A stretch of 64,000 bases of DNA from Chlorokybus atmophyticus (GCA_009103225.1 RHPI01001327.1:282666-346665); one strand, 5' to 3'. Numbered from the stretch's first letter, positions 1 to 17,086 are shown. A program made the numbers and translations. The notes: a model not told the origin generated them from the sequence alone.

Positions 1-428
1 AGACAGATGCAAGACGAGCAGCAAGGTAAGCAGCACATGAACAATTACGTTACTTGACAAAACGCAATTTGAAACATACAAGGCCAATACACGAACCACT
101 CATCCAGGCAGTGGCTGACATGTACTCAACAAAGGCCAGCAGCGCCTGGACCTCCCGTTTCTCACCTGCCCAGCCAGGCTCCACCGAGGCGGCAAAGAGA
201 AGGACTCTGCCCTCAACGAAACCTTTAACGACAACGCCCGCGACGACACCCTCCCAAGCAATCGCCCGTCCCGCCACCGCCGCCGCCGCCGCCGCTGACA
301 CGTTGGTAGCGCATTCCAGCCACTACACTTGTGTGTGTTGACTACAGCACGCCACTACGTTTCGCACAGCAGGCTGAGCAGGCGGCGGAGGCGGTGGAGG
401 TGGGTTTTATCTGCTTGTTGTCGGCAAC

Positions 429-1930
429 ATGGTCGGGCACATCGTCGACCCTGCGCAAGCAGAGCGCGAGCAGGTAAGCGGTGAGGAAGCTTCAACTTTG
501 TTTGTTTAGACGTTGCTTGTTCATGGCTTGCGTTCTTCGCATCCTAAATAGTGGTTTTTTGATCTGAAGGCAAAGCGGATGATGGTGGAGAGGGACGGCC
601 TGGAGACAGAGATCGCAGTCATCGCTGAGCGGCTCAACGCGCCTGGCGGGCCCGGCGAGCATGGCCCCCTCGTCGACAACGAGGTAGAGGTGGTGGTGGT
701 GGTGTTGTTGTTGTTGCTGTGACTGTTGCTGTAGTCGTTGTCTTCGTTGCAGCTGTGGTTGTTGTCGTAATTCACCTGAACGGCAACAACCTAGCTGCTT
801 GCGTTATTGTATTGTACGCACTGCTGCATGTTACGGAACGTACGCTATTTCAGCTATAGCAATAAACTGCAAAAGTGGCTGCAAAACTTTTGGCAGCAAT
901 TCCGAGTGGCAGGCATCGTGCATGCTTAAAGGACTACTGTCTCCCATTGTGCAGGGCTTTCCGCGGGCAGATATTGATGTTTTTCAAGTGCGCAAAGACC
1001 GCAACCGGCTTGCTGGTATGAATCTTGATTACTCGACGTGTGTCAAGGATCTTGTCATGCCTATGCGACTCACTGGAAATACCGTTAAATCAAGTGTGTG
1101 TCACATGCCATCTCAACAGCGCTACACACGGATCACAAAGAGCTGACCGCGCGCATAGAGAAGCTCATGTACGACGTCATGAGCAAGACTGCCAACTCAA
1201 GTTTCCGACCAACACCAAGCGCAGGTGTGACAAACACAGATACACACTCAATTAGCTGGACAAACACAATAGCAACACTTGCACCAAATCACAAGACTTG
1301 TGCGCAGCCCCTGTTCGCGCGACACCATTGCCAGCAGCGCAGCAGTCTATTCCACTCCCCACGCCATCGATTACAGCCGCAGCGCCGCTCCCGAGACCAT
1401 TTGCAGTCATAGATGAGGTGGCCGAAGGCTCGCCAGCAGCTGAAGGCGGCATACAGGTTTGTAGTGTTTTGTGTGCATGTGTGTGACAAATAAAGAGGGA
1501 TGAGGATCAAGCAATTAGCTGATAACACACATGACCTGTACAGGTTGGAGACCAGCTTGCGCGCTTTGGGTTGGTAGATGCTGCCTCCAGCTCGGGACAG
1601 GCAATGCTCGGATTGGTTGCCAATGAGTTGCAGTCGCGAGCGAATCAACCTGTTGAGGTATGGTCACCCATGCTGCCTCGCACATGATACTAGGCTGACC
1701 AACATGTTTGGTCTTTCTTATCTTGCAGGTGATGGTCATCCGGCGAGGGCGCCGGGCAGACCTGAGCGTTACACCGCACACGTGGAGTGGGCGAGGACTG
1801 TTGGGGTACTGTTGTGTTGATGTTTGTTGCTGTGTATGTGCATATGCATTGAGCTGAAGTGCTGCCACTCGTCGCTTTTGCGTGTGACATTGACGGAATG
1901 TCTGGCAGGTGTTACCTGCAGCCTTTGTAG
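429..1930 (+). CDS. PSMD9: 26S proteasome assembly chaperone PSMD9/Nas2/p27 (N-terminal Nas2 domain plus PDZ-like domain), about 8 exons
   Basis: Spliced by eye at GT-AG junctions: MVGHIVDPAQAEREQ|AKRMMVERDGLETEIAVIAERLNAPGGPGEHGPLVDNE|GFPRADIDVFQVRKDRNRLA|LHTDHKELTARIEK...RPFAVIDEVAEGSPAAEGGIQ|VGDQLARFG...|VMVIRRG...TPHTWSGRGLLG|CYLQPL*. The LVDxEGFPRADID, PFAVIDEVAEGSPA and WSGRGLLGC motifs are diagnostic. Confidence 0.93.
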
Positions 1931-2167
1931 CGTGAGCTCAAGGTGGAACTGTACTCCAACAGCAACAAGTTACCCAACATGTGTGTGAATGCATGCTGCC
2001 TGTATGATTGGCACTTGTACAGTGTTACATAAGCTTGCAACATGCTAGACTGGCAAGCTGTGAGGTGGATCGGGTTGTAGTTCGGTAACAACCACGCGCC
2101 ACAGCAGTTCTATTCCGTGAAGCTGTTTGCAACATGTAGCGTCCACATTTGACACAACTGCAGAGTC

Positions 2168-3459
2168 TCATTGTTTGGATGCAACAAGGCATCCCATAAG
2201 TCCAGCTGCAATTTCATAAAACATAGCTCTTGCAAATCCCGCCTCCACAGCAAGAGTCTCCAGTTCTGGTCCTGTGGGATAGACCTCGATTGACGGGCGC
2301 AAGTACTCGTACTGCGGGCCAACTCCGAATGATTTTGCCACTGGCACAACAACGTTGTCCAGCATCCAGCCCTGTCACAACAGCAGTGCATGTGACAAAC
2401 ATAAGATTTTTGTAAACAGCAACATGCAATGCAAGGCTCGAGGTTTACTCAGTGTACCTGCGCTGATGATGCAAGAGCGTCAGTGCTATTGTTGAAGTCC
2501 AGGATTGCAACTCTTGAGCCCGGCTTCAAGACTCGGTGGAGCTCTCGCAAGCACTGCATGGGAAGCACACCACAGTGTGAAAAGAAGCATGAGGGCCCAA
2601 CACTGCGAACATGTACCATGTGGCGCGTGCTCAGCATGCCAGCTTGCTAGCTATACCTTTGGAATGTCAACAACGTTTCTCAGCCCATAGCTGATGGTTG
2701 CTGCATCAAAGGAGTTGTCTTCAAAAGGCAGATTGAGTGCATCTCCCTGCTTGCACACACAGCTACCAGTTGGCTTTGCAGGAAAGCAGCTGTGGACACA
2801 ACAGAGGAACCAATCACGACCTACCTCAATGAACTTGACAGGCACATTACACGCAGGGTACGATGTTGCATGTCGTTTGGCTGCCACCTCCAGTTGGGCA
2901 CGAGCAAAATCAAGTCCTGCCAGTGTGTATTTGCGTCTAATGTTAACTTGCATGAGCACGAAAAGTGTTGATGCATGGATTTCTTGTACCTGTTACGGAA
3001 CCTGCCGGCCCAACTGTTTCGGCAAGGCGCAAAACTACATCCCCGCTGCCGCAGCACACGTCCAACACGGACTGCCCCTGACGTGCCCCGGCCCACTTCA
3101 CTGCCATCCTCTTCCACACACGGTGTTGACCCAAACTGTGCACGCATATGAGGCAATAAACACAGTCACACGCCAAACGAATTGTACTCCCAATTTATTG
3201 ACGTTGTTTACCTTAGCGCATCGTTGAGGACATCATACATTGGCGCGATGCTATCGAACAACCCTTTCCGGCCCTCAGCACCTTCACCGACTTTAATGGT
3301 GGCATCCGATGTGGTGGCCACATTCGTTACTCTGGTGACCCTTGTGCTTGTTACAGCACGCTGAGTACTCAACCTTGGCCGTGCGCGTGAAACGCCAGTG
3401 CAATGACCGCTTGTTTTGTTCACAGCCAGTGGTAGCGTACATATATATGCTGACACCAT
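2168..3459 (-). CDS. MENG: Demethylphylloquinone/demethylmenaquinone methyltransferase (UbiE/MenG family), with probable plastid transit peptide
   Basis: Exons give [94 protein letters not shown], and YEYLRPSI...[14 protein letters not shown]. The S/T/R-rich N-terminus from the ATG at 3459 is in frame. The start codon is less certain than the body. Confidence 0.92.
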
Positions 3460-3669
3460 CGTTGATCCACTGCGTGCAAAGAAACCTGGTCAATACGCAA
3501 AAGATACAAAGCTACACATACGCTTTCACGAGGACTGTCAGCATCAGCGCTTAATTACCAACAAGGTGCGACCTGGCTTACACACCAACACAGTGATACC
3601 TGGGAGGGTTGTAGTGACACAGTAGACTGTGCAATGGGTCTTTTACAAACTGATTGGGTGCAGGAGTGA

Positions 3670-4437
3670 CTAGTCCTGGGGCTCAGCTGCAGCAAACAGC
3701 TGTTTCCAGACGTCCAGTGACTTCAGTGCCTTTGCCTGGCTGGCATGCAGTCTGCCACCTTCAGCAAAGAGCGCGTTGATGGCGTGCACGCGCTCCACCC
3801 TGCGAATGCCCTTGCATTGAGCTTCACATGCCGCACATTCACAAAGGCATGAAACGCACTCTCATTTCGGTACAGAAATTGCTTGCATGCATACTAGACG
3901 CGAGAAACATACATACATGCAGTTGGTGGGTGGGTGGGTGGGGGTGGGGGATGTGTTTGAACTGGCAGCAGAAATTAACCAACGGAACGCGCAAGCATTG
4001 GTTCATTTTGCAATCAGGGTGACACTGTAACCTGACAAGCAAGGCTTCGAGTAGACAGTGCAGCCAGTGCGAAGCCAGCTTGATCGCAAAGCTGTTAAGG
4101 TAGGGCCGCGACTAAGCAGCCTAGCCAGCAAACAAAGCATTGACTGGCTGACAGACAAGCAGACAATGAGCATTTCACTGCTTACAATGCATGCATGCGA
4201 CGCAGCAGCAATACATTATTGTCAAGAGTTAACCAGCACGCACTGGAGGCAGGCTTACGCGCTATTTACTGTGCTGAGTGTGGCTCTTAGCTCCAGCAGC
4301 ACCTCTAGCTCTTCTTTGGTCAGTCCGCCAGGCAGTCTACCCCCTCCCTCGCTGCCTCCCTCTCCTCCTCCTCCTCCTCCTCCTCCTCCCTGTCCGCCGC
4401 CGCCGCCAGCACGCACCCCTGCCGTCTGCATTGACAT
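3670..4437 (-). CDS. Hypothetical protein with a Gly-rich N-terminus
   Basis: First exon MSMQTAG-polyG-LTKEELEVLLELRATLSTVNS ends at a GTAAGC donor. The terminal exon reads CKGIRRVERVHAINALFAEGGRLHASQAKALKSLDVWKQLFAAAEPQD*. The middle exon is unresolved and no family was recognised. Confidence 0.55.
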
Positions 4438-4490
4438 CCAGTTGGAGCAGACAAACTTAAGCTCAGCACCACTGTGGCGGCGGCGATAGC

Positions 4491-5937
<1,447 letters not shown>

Positions 5938-6790
5938 CGGCGCCTTGCTCTCTTTGCGGTACCCTGATGTATATGTTAATCTGCTAGGTTTCCTTCAACT
6001 TACACGATCTATGCACTCTATACGAAGAGTGTTACAATGAGATCACTCATTGACAAGGGGTGATTGCAAGCTCAGTTGGTTAGGTTAGCAAATGGGTTGA
6101 CAATTTGAGTACATAGCCATGCCGCATGCAGCGTTGAAAGCTTGTAGCTTGCATAATAAGCTTGCAACTGCTAGGATGAATTGCTTTAGCATGTTGGTTG
6201 TAAACAAACGCTTTATAAACCATGACGCCCACGTGCTTAAACAGCTTGTTCACTATGATATGCGTGCCCGCATGTGTGTGAAGTGCAAGTGTGTGTACAA
6301 AGATGGAGTGCTGATAAGACCGCAGGCATGCGGTCATAAGCATGAGACATGCATGTTGTCATGCACAGAATGCTCTTGGAGATATGTACACGCCGCAAGC
6401 AAACGGTAGGCAGCAGTCATAATGCTATGTCACTACCCGGCTAGGTAATTCTAACACGCTAAGCTACCACTACTTGGCTCCCCGTTAGTCATGCATGCAT
6501 GTATGTTCCATTATTTGGCAGCAGCAGTCATGCACGTATGTGTGAAGAATTGCAACCCTAAGTTGCTGACTTATGTTTGCTTACAAGCGTACACTCAACT
6601 GGTCAAACAGCCACACATAGTATTGGTGGCTTGTACATATCGTTTACACGTTTTATACAAGAGTTGAGCATATAAAATTATCTCAAGCAATGGTTCCATT
6701 CAAAGGCTGAATTATTAATATGAATATAGATTACAAGCGAATGCAAAAAGACTGTTGATTAACTATATGAAACTGCATTTATAAGAAAGA

Positions 6791-7705
<915 letters not shown>

Positions 7706-8007
7706 GGGCAATCCCACAATGAAGTATATATACATATAATCATTTACATACATGATTGATGCATTTGTTAGTTAATGGTTATCATGCATGTCGCAGGCTC
7801 GCACGCCTGCACACTATACATGTGGCAATTTTGTCAGCTGTGGTTGTATGTTGGCTGTGTATGGGGTTATTGCATTTGTTTTTTATGCTATACCCTTTGT
7901 GATCAACATATCGATCTTATTCACAAGTGATGTGCTCGTGCAGTTTTCGCTCATAAAGTATATCCTTATAGCCCGGGAGGTTAATTGCGCAAATACGGCG
8001 CTCGTCA

Positions 8008-8097
8008 GGCTCCAGTATCACTTATACTGGAGCCCGTGCTTATACAGTATAAGTATACTGTATAAGCAAGCGCACAAGCGTGCATTGTCCTTGTGCG
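8008..8097. other. Three adjacent perfect inverted repeats (hairpins)
   Basis: GGCTCCAGTAT-cactt-ATACTGGAGCC (8008-8034), GCTTATACAGTAT-aagt-ATACTGTATAAGC (8038-8067), CGCACAAG-11 nt-CTTGTGCG (8071-8097). Confidence 0.85.
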
Positions 8098-8329
8098 ACT
8101 GCGCACTTAACCCTAAGACCCGGGCCTGCAGCCGGTTCGCATGACAGAATCGACTGCAACCGGGCTCACCAGTAAAGCCCGTCTCCAGCCCAAGCGTTGC
8201 GGGCGGCGCCTACGTGGGTCTCTTTGCCGTCGTCGCTGCCGCCGGGGTCGCCGTCGCTGTCCGCCGCCGCGGCAGGGGTGATCGATTACTTGTTGGCCAG
8301 TAGCCTGAGCGTACAAGCGTTCTTCCAAG

Positions 8330-9591
<1,262 letters not shown>

Positions 9592-9869
9592 ACTTGACGC
9601 GCTGTATCTGTACCTTTGGCAGTGGAAGCTATTTCACACTTATGGTCCCTGCATCATATTGCATGGTGCTGTCAGTTGTGTATGGTTTGTTGTGCTAGCT
9701 TCTCACCGTCAACTTCTTCAACCTGCATGACGGTGGTGGGTTGTGTGGCGATAGCGTAGGCCTTCACAGCTTAGTTTGCACAGTACAACCGTTTTATGCA
9801 TTGCAGCCTCTATCCACGGGATCATGCATTATGTAGCTACGCAACATGCAAATCAATACCGCATTTACC

Positions 9870-10018
9870 TATGCAGAACCTCCCCCCTGCTACAAGCCCC
9901 CTTGGCTGAAAATGGTGGGGGGCTTGTGCAAACAATGTCGCTTTTTTGGTGAAAATGGGCTCTATTACAAGCCCCCTTCAAACAGGGTGGGGATTTATGG
10001 CAAAAGGGGGTTGGCATA
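9870..10018. mobile_element. Short MITE-like element
   Basis: Imperfect terminal inverted repeats (TATGCAGAACCTCCCC ... GGGGGTTGGCATA). Internal ACAAGCCCCC occurs twice forward (about 9892 and 9967) and once inverted (about 9917). TGAAAATGG occurs twice. Confidence 0.4.
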
Positions 10019-11307
10019 CGGTACGCAATGCAGGACAGGCAGGGAAATTCGTCACATTTATAGTGGAGGGTGTGCAGCTGACAAGCCTTTGCTGTATGCA
10101 AAAAATATAGGCTTTACTGATTGCCACAATGCAACCACAGGTTGTCACCAAGTTGTTGAACATCTGAAGGTGCTTGCGACATTCACTACAGCATACAATG
10201 CTGCAGTGCCACGATCACATGCGGAAACAACTATTTTCAGAAGCTGCTTCTATAAAGTTTCTATCAAAAACTTCAGCTTTGTACCACGTGTGACTGCCCT
10301 TAAGCAACACTTCTTACCAGCGGCAAAACCACATGTATCATTGCCACAATGTCTCGCCGCCATTCCACCCCTTGTGCCACCGTTGCCACCCTCTGCAGAA
10401 GACTGTTGGGCTCTCCAAACAATTCACTTGATGATTACCCGACATGGGCTTCTTACTGCCTGGCCCCTCAAGGCTTCAGACTTATGCACTTGGTATAAGG
10501 TATAAAAATGGCTGTGCTCACTCAAATGACACCAGCAGATGTACACAAGGGGTGTGCTACTATGCCGGCATGCATTGTTTGCCGAGACATGCAAGCGACA
10601 TGCATAACACTCATGGGTAAACACATTCTATTCTCCACCGGGCTAGTATTTCTATGCTATACCAACTGTAGTCTGCCCCGTTAGCCATGCAGTCAGCATG
10701 CAGAATTGTATTCACCTGCACCACGGCTGCGTTTAGCGGCCACCCTCCACAACAGTGACGACAGCAACAGCAGACTGTAGGACTCCCCCCGCCCTCCTGC
10801 ATAGCCTTGACAATGGCAAGTTCATTGCGAACAACTTCACTCTGGTACTCAGACTTGCACAGTACGTACAAAACTAACTTGAGGTTGATCTGCGCTCTAG
10901 GAGCATGTCCAAGCACACTACTACTACTTCTTACTTCATGCAAGCGGCCAGACATTGCACGTGTGTGTAATCTATACTTATTCTCGTTACTTCCCTTTAC
11001 ATCTTACCTGCTGCATACCACCACGTTGCGTCACCGCACAGATAGCGCACACCAGTGCAATATTACAAATTAACCATGGTCATGCAGGGTAGTAGTGTAG
11101 CCAACAGGTAAGCGCGTGCAATTTTGAAGCCATTTTGTACAAAGCAGCAGTTGACTGGTCATCCGAGCAGTGATCCATGTACACCTGCAGACAGTTCTCT
11201 GCGGCATAGCTGCGGCAAAGCTGGTGCAGCAAGACTTTTTACTCGCGAGCCGACAGCTTGGTCGGCCCAACTTGCCGCAAACATTTCAATTACCAAATGC
11301 AGCTTGC

Positions 11308-14300
11308 TCAGTCCTGATGCTCCCTCCCATCTTGTTCTGCTGGTTGCCTTCGTGGAGCTTCAGCAACAGGTGCTGCCTCATCAGGACCCTGCAATTAGTA
11401 ACGTATAAAATCAGTAATGGTTGAACAGTATAGAAACAAGTCGCAATATGCACTTGACTGCTGAATGGGTACCTGCCAGCCTGGCAACAGCGATGTGAAA
11501 AAGCCAATCACCAGCAGCTGCACTTCACGTATCAACGATGCCAGCATGCCCTGGGGCGGGGGATCGGCAACAGGTGCAGCAGCACCATCCTGTCCTGAAA
11601 AGTAGCGATCAAGGGTGAGGTTCCTGCATTTGCCACGCAAGATGAAATGCACCAACGACTTACCGGCCGCTTCTGAAGGTACTGCTCGCGGTCTTGGAGT
11701 TGGAAGCCGGGGGCGTTCAAACCTAGCTACGAAGCGCCTCAACCCCGCAAACATTCCAACATGGTACCTGGCAAAGACATTGCATGTCTGTAACCTGACA
11801 TACTCCCGTTAAGTGCAACAAGAGGCACTGCTGGGTCACTTACAAGTAGATCAACACTGCTCCAACACACAACACCACAAGGCGCGTGCGCGATGTGTCT
11901 CCACCTTGACTAAGAATGAACACCAGAAGAGCCAACTTGAACATGAGGGTAAGGTCTACGCGCACCTGCAGCCAACACATGCACGATCATGCACTCAGCA
12001 GCTCTGGAAGCAAGCAGTCACACAGGCGGTGAGTTAGTCACCTGCAACAGTATTCGGCGCGGCTGCCCTGCAGCGGCACCTCCAGGTGCTTGAGGCACAT
12101 TTACTCTGCCATGTGCCACGCCAGCCACACCAGCTCTTTGCTGAAGCCCCACAGCTGCAGGTGGTACACCAGCTGCAGGAGCCTGCAAAGCTTACACACC
12201 AATTCATGACAAGGCCAACCTACATCTCCAGATGGTGTTTCATGCGCCTCGCACAAATTTCGTTCAAAAAACCAAAGGTCATGATGCTACCTGACCGGCA
12301 GGGGCTGCGGCGGCAACAGCTGCACCATGTGCTGGCACAGTAAACGCCATCTGCATTGGAGCACCACTGCACACAGGATGGATACCGCTGTGAGTAACAT
12401 GCACGCTAAGCACAAGTCAGCTTTGCAACAGCAAGATCGACAAACTGTCAGCAGATCTTTCATTAGACTTACACAAAGTAGCCGGGTGGAAACACATTCG
12501 GCGGCATGCCATTGAATGGCGTGGCCATAGGGGCAAATGGAAAGAACGGGTTCATTTGGTTGGGAAAAAAAGGCGGCGGCATCATCGCAGGGGGAGGGCT
12601 TTGTAAAGAACTTGCACTGGTGCTGGGCTGGCTAACAGCAGTTGCACCCGGGAACATTGGAGGAGGAAACATGCTGGCTGCTAGAGCATATGGATTGGGC
12701 ATCATCATTTGTGCCAAGTATGGGTTTGCGAGAAACATTTGCTGCGCATACATATGTAGTGGTCAGAACACCAGCACTGCTGAGCATGCTGCATGGAACA
12801 AGCTCACCATTTTGTTTACGTCCTACGCCAGTCAGGTTGCTACTCATAAAAAGACAGTTGTGGACCATGCCCAAACAACCTGCTCATCCAACCTGTAGTG
12901 CAGCAGGGTCGAGTTGTGGAAACTGATGGCTTGGTGCTCCAGACTGTGAAGACGATGCGCTGGTGGAAGGGGCTCCATCTACCGTGCTGGCTGCAGGTGG
13001 AACAGGAGGGAAAGGCATCCCCGGGAAGGAAGGGAAAAAGGCCGACATGTTGGGATGCGGAGCGCCGTGTGGTGACAATGGCACAGTCTCTGAGCCCGGT
13101 GGGACACCTGCAGATCTGCAATAGGTAGTTGTGAGTTTATGAGCAAACAGGTGCCCAACCTGATATCTTCAAATTCAGCAAGCTTGGCAGGGTTTGTTTG
13201 CTGTCCATGCGGTTGGGCGGATTATACTGCCGATTGCAGGAAGCCCGGGCATAAGGCACTCACGTTGAAGGTGTTGGGACTGGGGCTGTCGGGGCTGCAG
13301 CTGCAGATGAGCCTGGTGCTGCTTGAGCGGCGGAAGCAGCAGACGGCGGAAGCACCGAAGGCGGGACGGGTGGCGGTGAAGGCTGTATGATGGGCTCCGT
13401 TGCACGCTGTGACAATGCAGCTGAGGGCTGTGTACGGGAAGGAGACGCAACCTGCCATGCATGACAGTTTTAGCCACACATGCTTGTTGCAAATTGTTTG
13501 CGCATCTCAGCATGGCCAACCTGAAGCTGACCTGTGCTGAAGCGGCAGACTGAGATGGTCTGCTGGGAACGGTGCCAGCAGGCGATGTGCCTGTGGAATG
13601 TGCTATAGGAGCTGCATTACCAGCGTTGGTCACTGATGAGGATGCTTGTTGTGCAGTTGATGATGATGGCGTTGCCATTGACAGCTTCACCACCATGTGA
13701 ACAACCTTTGAACCACACAGAGCGTGTGACAAGACGGAGACCAATTCCGTTCTTCAGTCAAGCAGCCTGGCAGCCTGACACAGCTGCATTGCATGCATGC
13801 ATCCAACCTTACCTGGGGTGTAGAAGTGTCCACCGTGCTGAACAAGTCAGCCAACATTTGCTCGTTGTGCAGCACATGGCCGGCATAGATCAACTGCTGC
13901 TGCGCAGCCTGCCGATGATATAATGTCAATCCAAACTGACATGCGATTAGAGCTGCTATCAAGCTGCGTGCTCCGTGCAACGAAGAGGTTTCTCAAGCAA
14001 CCAAGTTCAACATTACCCAACGGAACGAACAGTGCATCACGACACCGAACACCAGTAGACGCCGCACAAAGGTATGTGTGTAACTACCAGTGCTGGACAC
14101 GAACCACCACAGCTTGCATGTGCATGCATGTACAAGCCACGCAGAATAAAAGTGCTTACAAATCAAAACCACCACGCTGAACAGACGAATGGTAACGATG
14201 ACAATCAGACATGCATTTCCAAGCACACCTCAGGTTGGCCAGGGTACTGCTGAGCAAACACCTCCTTCAACTGCGCGACGGTCAGCGACAGAGGCACCTG

Positions 14301-14390
14301 CGTCTGGAAATCAGGCCTGCCAGCAGCAGCTGGGTTCTTGACCACAATGCTCACAATCAACTGCTCCTCTGGCCGCTTCTCCCCCTCCAT
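11308..14390 (-). CDS. N-terminal ubiquitin-like domain, Pro-rich linker and C-terminal membrane segments (HERP/EBS7-like ERAD factor), multi-exon
   Basis: UBL: MEGEKRPEEQLIVSIVVKNPAAAGRPDFQTQVPLSLTVAQLKEVFAQQYPGQPE...QQLIYAGHVLHNEQMLADLF. Pro/Met-rich middle exons follow. C-terminus: VDLTLMFKLALLVFILSQGGDTSRTRLVVLCVGAVLIYL|YHVGMF...LASLIREVQLLVIGFFTSLLPGWQ|GPDEAAP...REHQD*. Confidence 0.8.
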
Positions 14391-14807
14391 GACTACGCCG
14401 CCGAGGCCGGCAACACCGACGCCAACACTGCAGCTCCCACCGCAACATCCCCGCAATAAAACCCTAATTTACGTTTACGCACCGTCACTGCCGGATACGT
14501 AAAGTAACGCAATGACGCCAAGACACGCAGCGCAACTTGCTAAACAGATTCTCGAAGATTCCCAGTTTGGCTTCAATATTGCATTATTTTGACATGGTTG
14601 AATCTCAAGCATTCGTCGCTTTGCGACGCAGCTTGCCAGCAGCATCACTCATTGACATCGACGTAGTCAAGCACTATCGCCGGGATTTCTGCTGTCCTGG
14701 GGCTCCTGGATTATGGATATCAGCACTTGGTAGCTTATATCCAGCCTCCAATGCACAGTGGTTCCAGAAGTGCAAACCAGGCTGTTGTGAGCGCTGAAAC
14801 GGGCGGT

Positions 14808-14856
<49 letters not shown>
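14808..14856. repeat. (GGTGTC)n hexamer repeat, about 7 units
   Basis: Directly visible in the divergent intergenic region between the UBL gene and the DLH gene. Confidence 0.85.
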
Positions 14857-15024
14857 TGCGTGTCCTTTGCTATTAAGGTTTGATTGCGTAGTGAGTGTTG
14901 TTGTGAATGAATGCATGAGTGCGTGAGTTTGAGCGGATGAGTCAATGCTGGTGGTGCTGTGAGTGTTTGGCAGCATGCACAGCTGACAGTGTGGCTCATG
15001 CGTAGGCAGTAGTTCGCTGCGAAG

Positions 15025-16238
15025 ATGTCGAACACCAAGCACTGCGAGGACAAGGGCCACGTCGTGGCGCATGAGTCCCTCGGCAAGGAGGTGAAGTACA
15101 ACGACCTGGACATCTATATCAACGAAGATGGCCATGGCAAGGTCGGCGTCATCCTCGTCACCGACATCTTTGGTAAGCTACTAATGCCTGCATTTTCTTC
15201 AACAGTCCAATGAAGGCCACTGAAAAATGGGATGCCTCTTGAACGCACTGGAAGCAATACCAACAGCTTGACATGCCATGCACGCAGGCTGGGAGTTCCC
15301 TAACGCCAGGAAGATTGCTGACCGCTTTGCTGCCGCCGGCTTCGTCGTCGCTATGCCCAACGTCCTGCGTGGCAACTACTTCGACGCTGAAAAACACACT
15401 GACCTGATGGCGTATATTGCACAACACCCCGATGTAAAGCACCACGCATGCAAGAGATGACGCTGCTCGACCTCATGCATGGGGGGACGTATTGATTTGA
15501 AATGCTTGCCAGGAACGGGTATGCGGCGACATTGATACCACCATCCAGTTATTGAAGAGCCTTGGTTGTGAGAAGATTGGCGCATTCGGCTTCTGCTGGG
15601 GAGGTATGCAACATGATGATGCCTGGCCACCTGCGAGCACTGATGAAGTGTGGGCACCACTTGTGTAACAACTTGTCTCAGCACAGTCTGATTGTCTGGG
15701 TGGTATCGTGTGTGACAGGCAAGTATACCACCCAGTATGCTGCGGATCCCAGCAAGATCCAGGCCGCTGCGGCTCTGCATGGAAGCTTCTTGAAGATTGA
15801 GACTGTCAAGGGTACTCATGTCTTTGACAGTATGCTGTGTGCTTTGCGGCAATGGAAGGGTGTTCTTATCAGTGTTTGATCGCAGAACACAAGGTGCCAG
15901 TCCTGTACGTGTTCGCCGGCAATGATGAGTACTACCCCAAGGAGTTTGTTCAGGAGCTCCAGCAAACCATCAAGTCCACTCCTCCGGTATGTCGCGTCAT
16001 GCTTCTAGTCATTAGCTTTCCATGCTTTGCTCTGCTGTAGCGTGGTGGTAGCAACTTTCTGGCATGCGTACCGCATTCCAACTTCCACCTTATGTGCATG
16101 CAGCATGACTTCAAGGAGTATGCGGGAGTTGGCCATGGTTTTGCCGTGCGCGGTGACTTGAACGACCCTACAACAGCAAAGGCTCAGGATGCTGCTCTCG
16201 AGGAAACCATCAACTGGTTCAAGAAGCACCTGCAGTAG
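15025..16238 (+). CDS. Dienelactone hydrolase family protein (alpha/beta hydrolase), 6 exons
   Basis: GVILVTDIFG|WEFPNARKIADRFAAAGFVVAMPN, nucleophile elbow KIGAFGFCWGG, AAAALHGS, PVLYVFAGND, and YAGVGHGFAVRG...WFKKHLQ*. The Cys-Asp-His triad is present. Confidence 0.92.
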
Positions 16239-17086
16239 GGCAGGCAGCCTCTGTGAGTTACAAGGACAATTTCCTGCAAGCCAGGCGTAATGTATGCAGA
16301 CATTGTTAAGGTGGTGTTGCTAAGAGGCATGTGATCTCCGTTGGTAGTCAGAATACGTCATATGCGTCACAATGCAGTACTGCCTTGCCTAGGTCGGCTT
16401 GGTGCATGTAAATGTTCGAAGGTGACCACCCTGTTTCCTATGTAAAGCCACACAGCCTGCTTAGTTTGTTAAGTTGTTAGCTTCCTGCAGCCTGTCCACG
16501 AGGTGCTTCAACTATGCTGTGCTGTGTGCGCAACCGTAGCTGACTTATTCACTAGAATTGATCCACAACATGCTACACCTGTGCAATCACATGCTTGGCC
16601 ACATACTCAGCCAGTGCAACGAGCTTCGGCTCACACAGCCATACTCAAACGTGCAGTTGCTGCGTGCAGTTGCTGCAGTGCAGAAAGCTCATGTACTGAA
16701 GTGTGATTGTACGAGAATATGAACAATCCTGCAGCCTCCATCATGCAGACCTTGCTCAACGTGTATGCACAGTGGATGCGATGGAAGCACGCTTATGTGA
16801 GTCACCAGAGTGGCAAGCTACATCTGCGAGACAATGGCGGTCAGCACAAGGTGTGATGACTCACGAAGTCGTCCATGGCTGGCGGTGAGTCACCGCCAGT
16901 GACACTACAACGAGTAGGCGACAGCAATGTTGGTGCGGCGTTTCCAGCCATAGGAGACTTACTAGAGCACAGAGTGATCAGAATGTCATGTGAAATAAAT
17001 GCGCATACTATACAATCAAGTAATATCAACATACAGATGTGCCCCCTGGCTGTGACGCTTTCCCGGCACCATTCCTGCAGGGGTTG

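Noticed and set aside
1-341. Possible gene fragment at the window start
   Set aside because: There is a plus-strand GTAAGC donor at 26 and a minus-strand GTGAG donor near 161, with several open frames. Neither strand nor frame could be fixed and no family was recognised.
9846-10505. 219-aa plus-strand ORF
   Set aside because: It runs through the MITE-like repeats, has no recognisable motif and has no splice support.
10611-11270. Possible small minus-strand gene (LVLYVLCKSEYQSEVVRNELAIVKAMQEGG)
   Set aside because: There is one coding-looking segment, but no consistent start-to-stop exon chain could be built.
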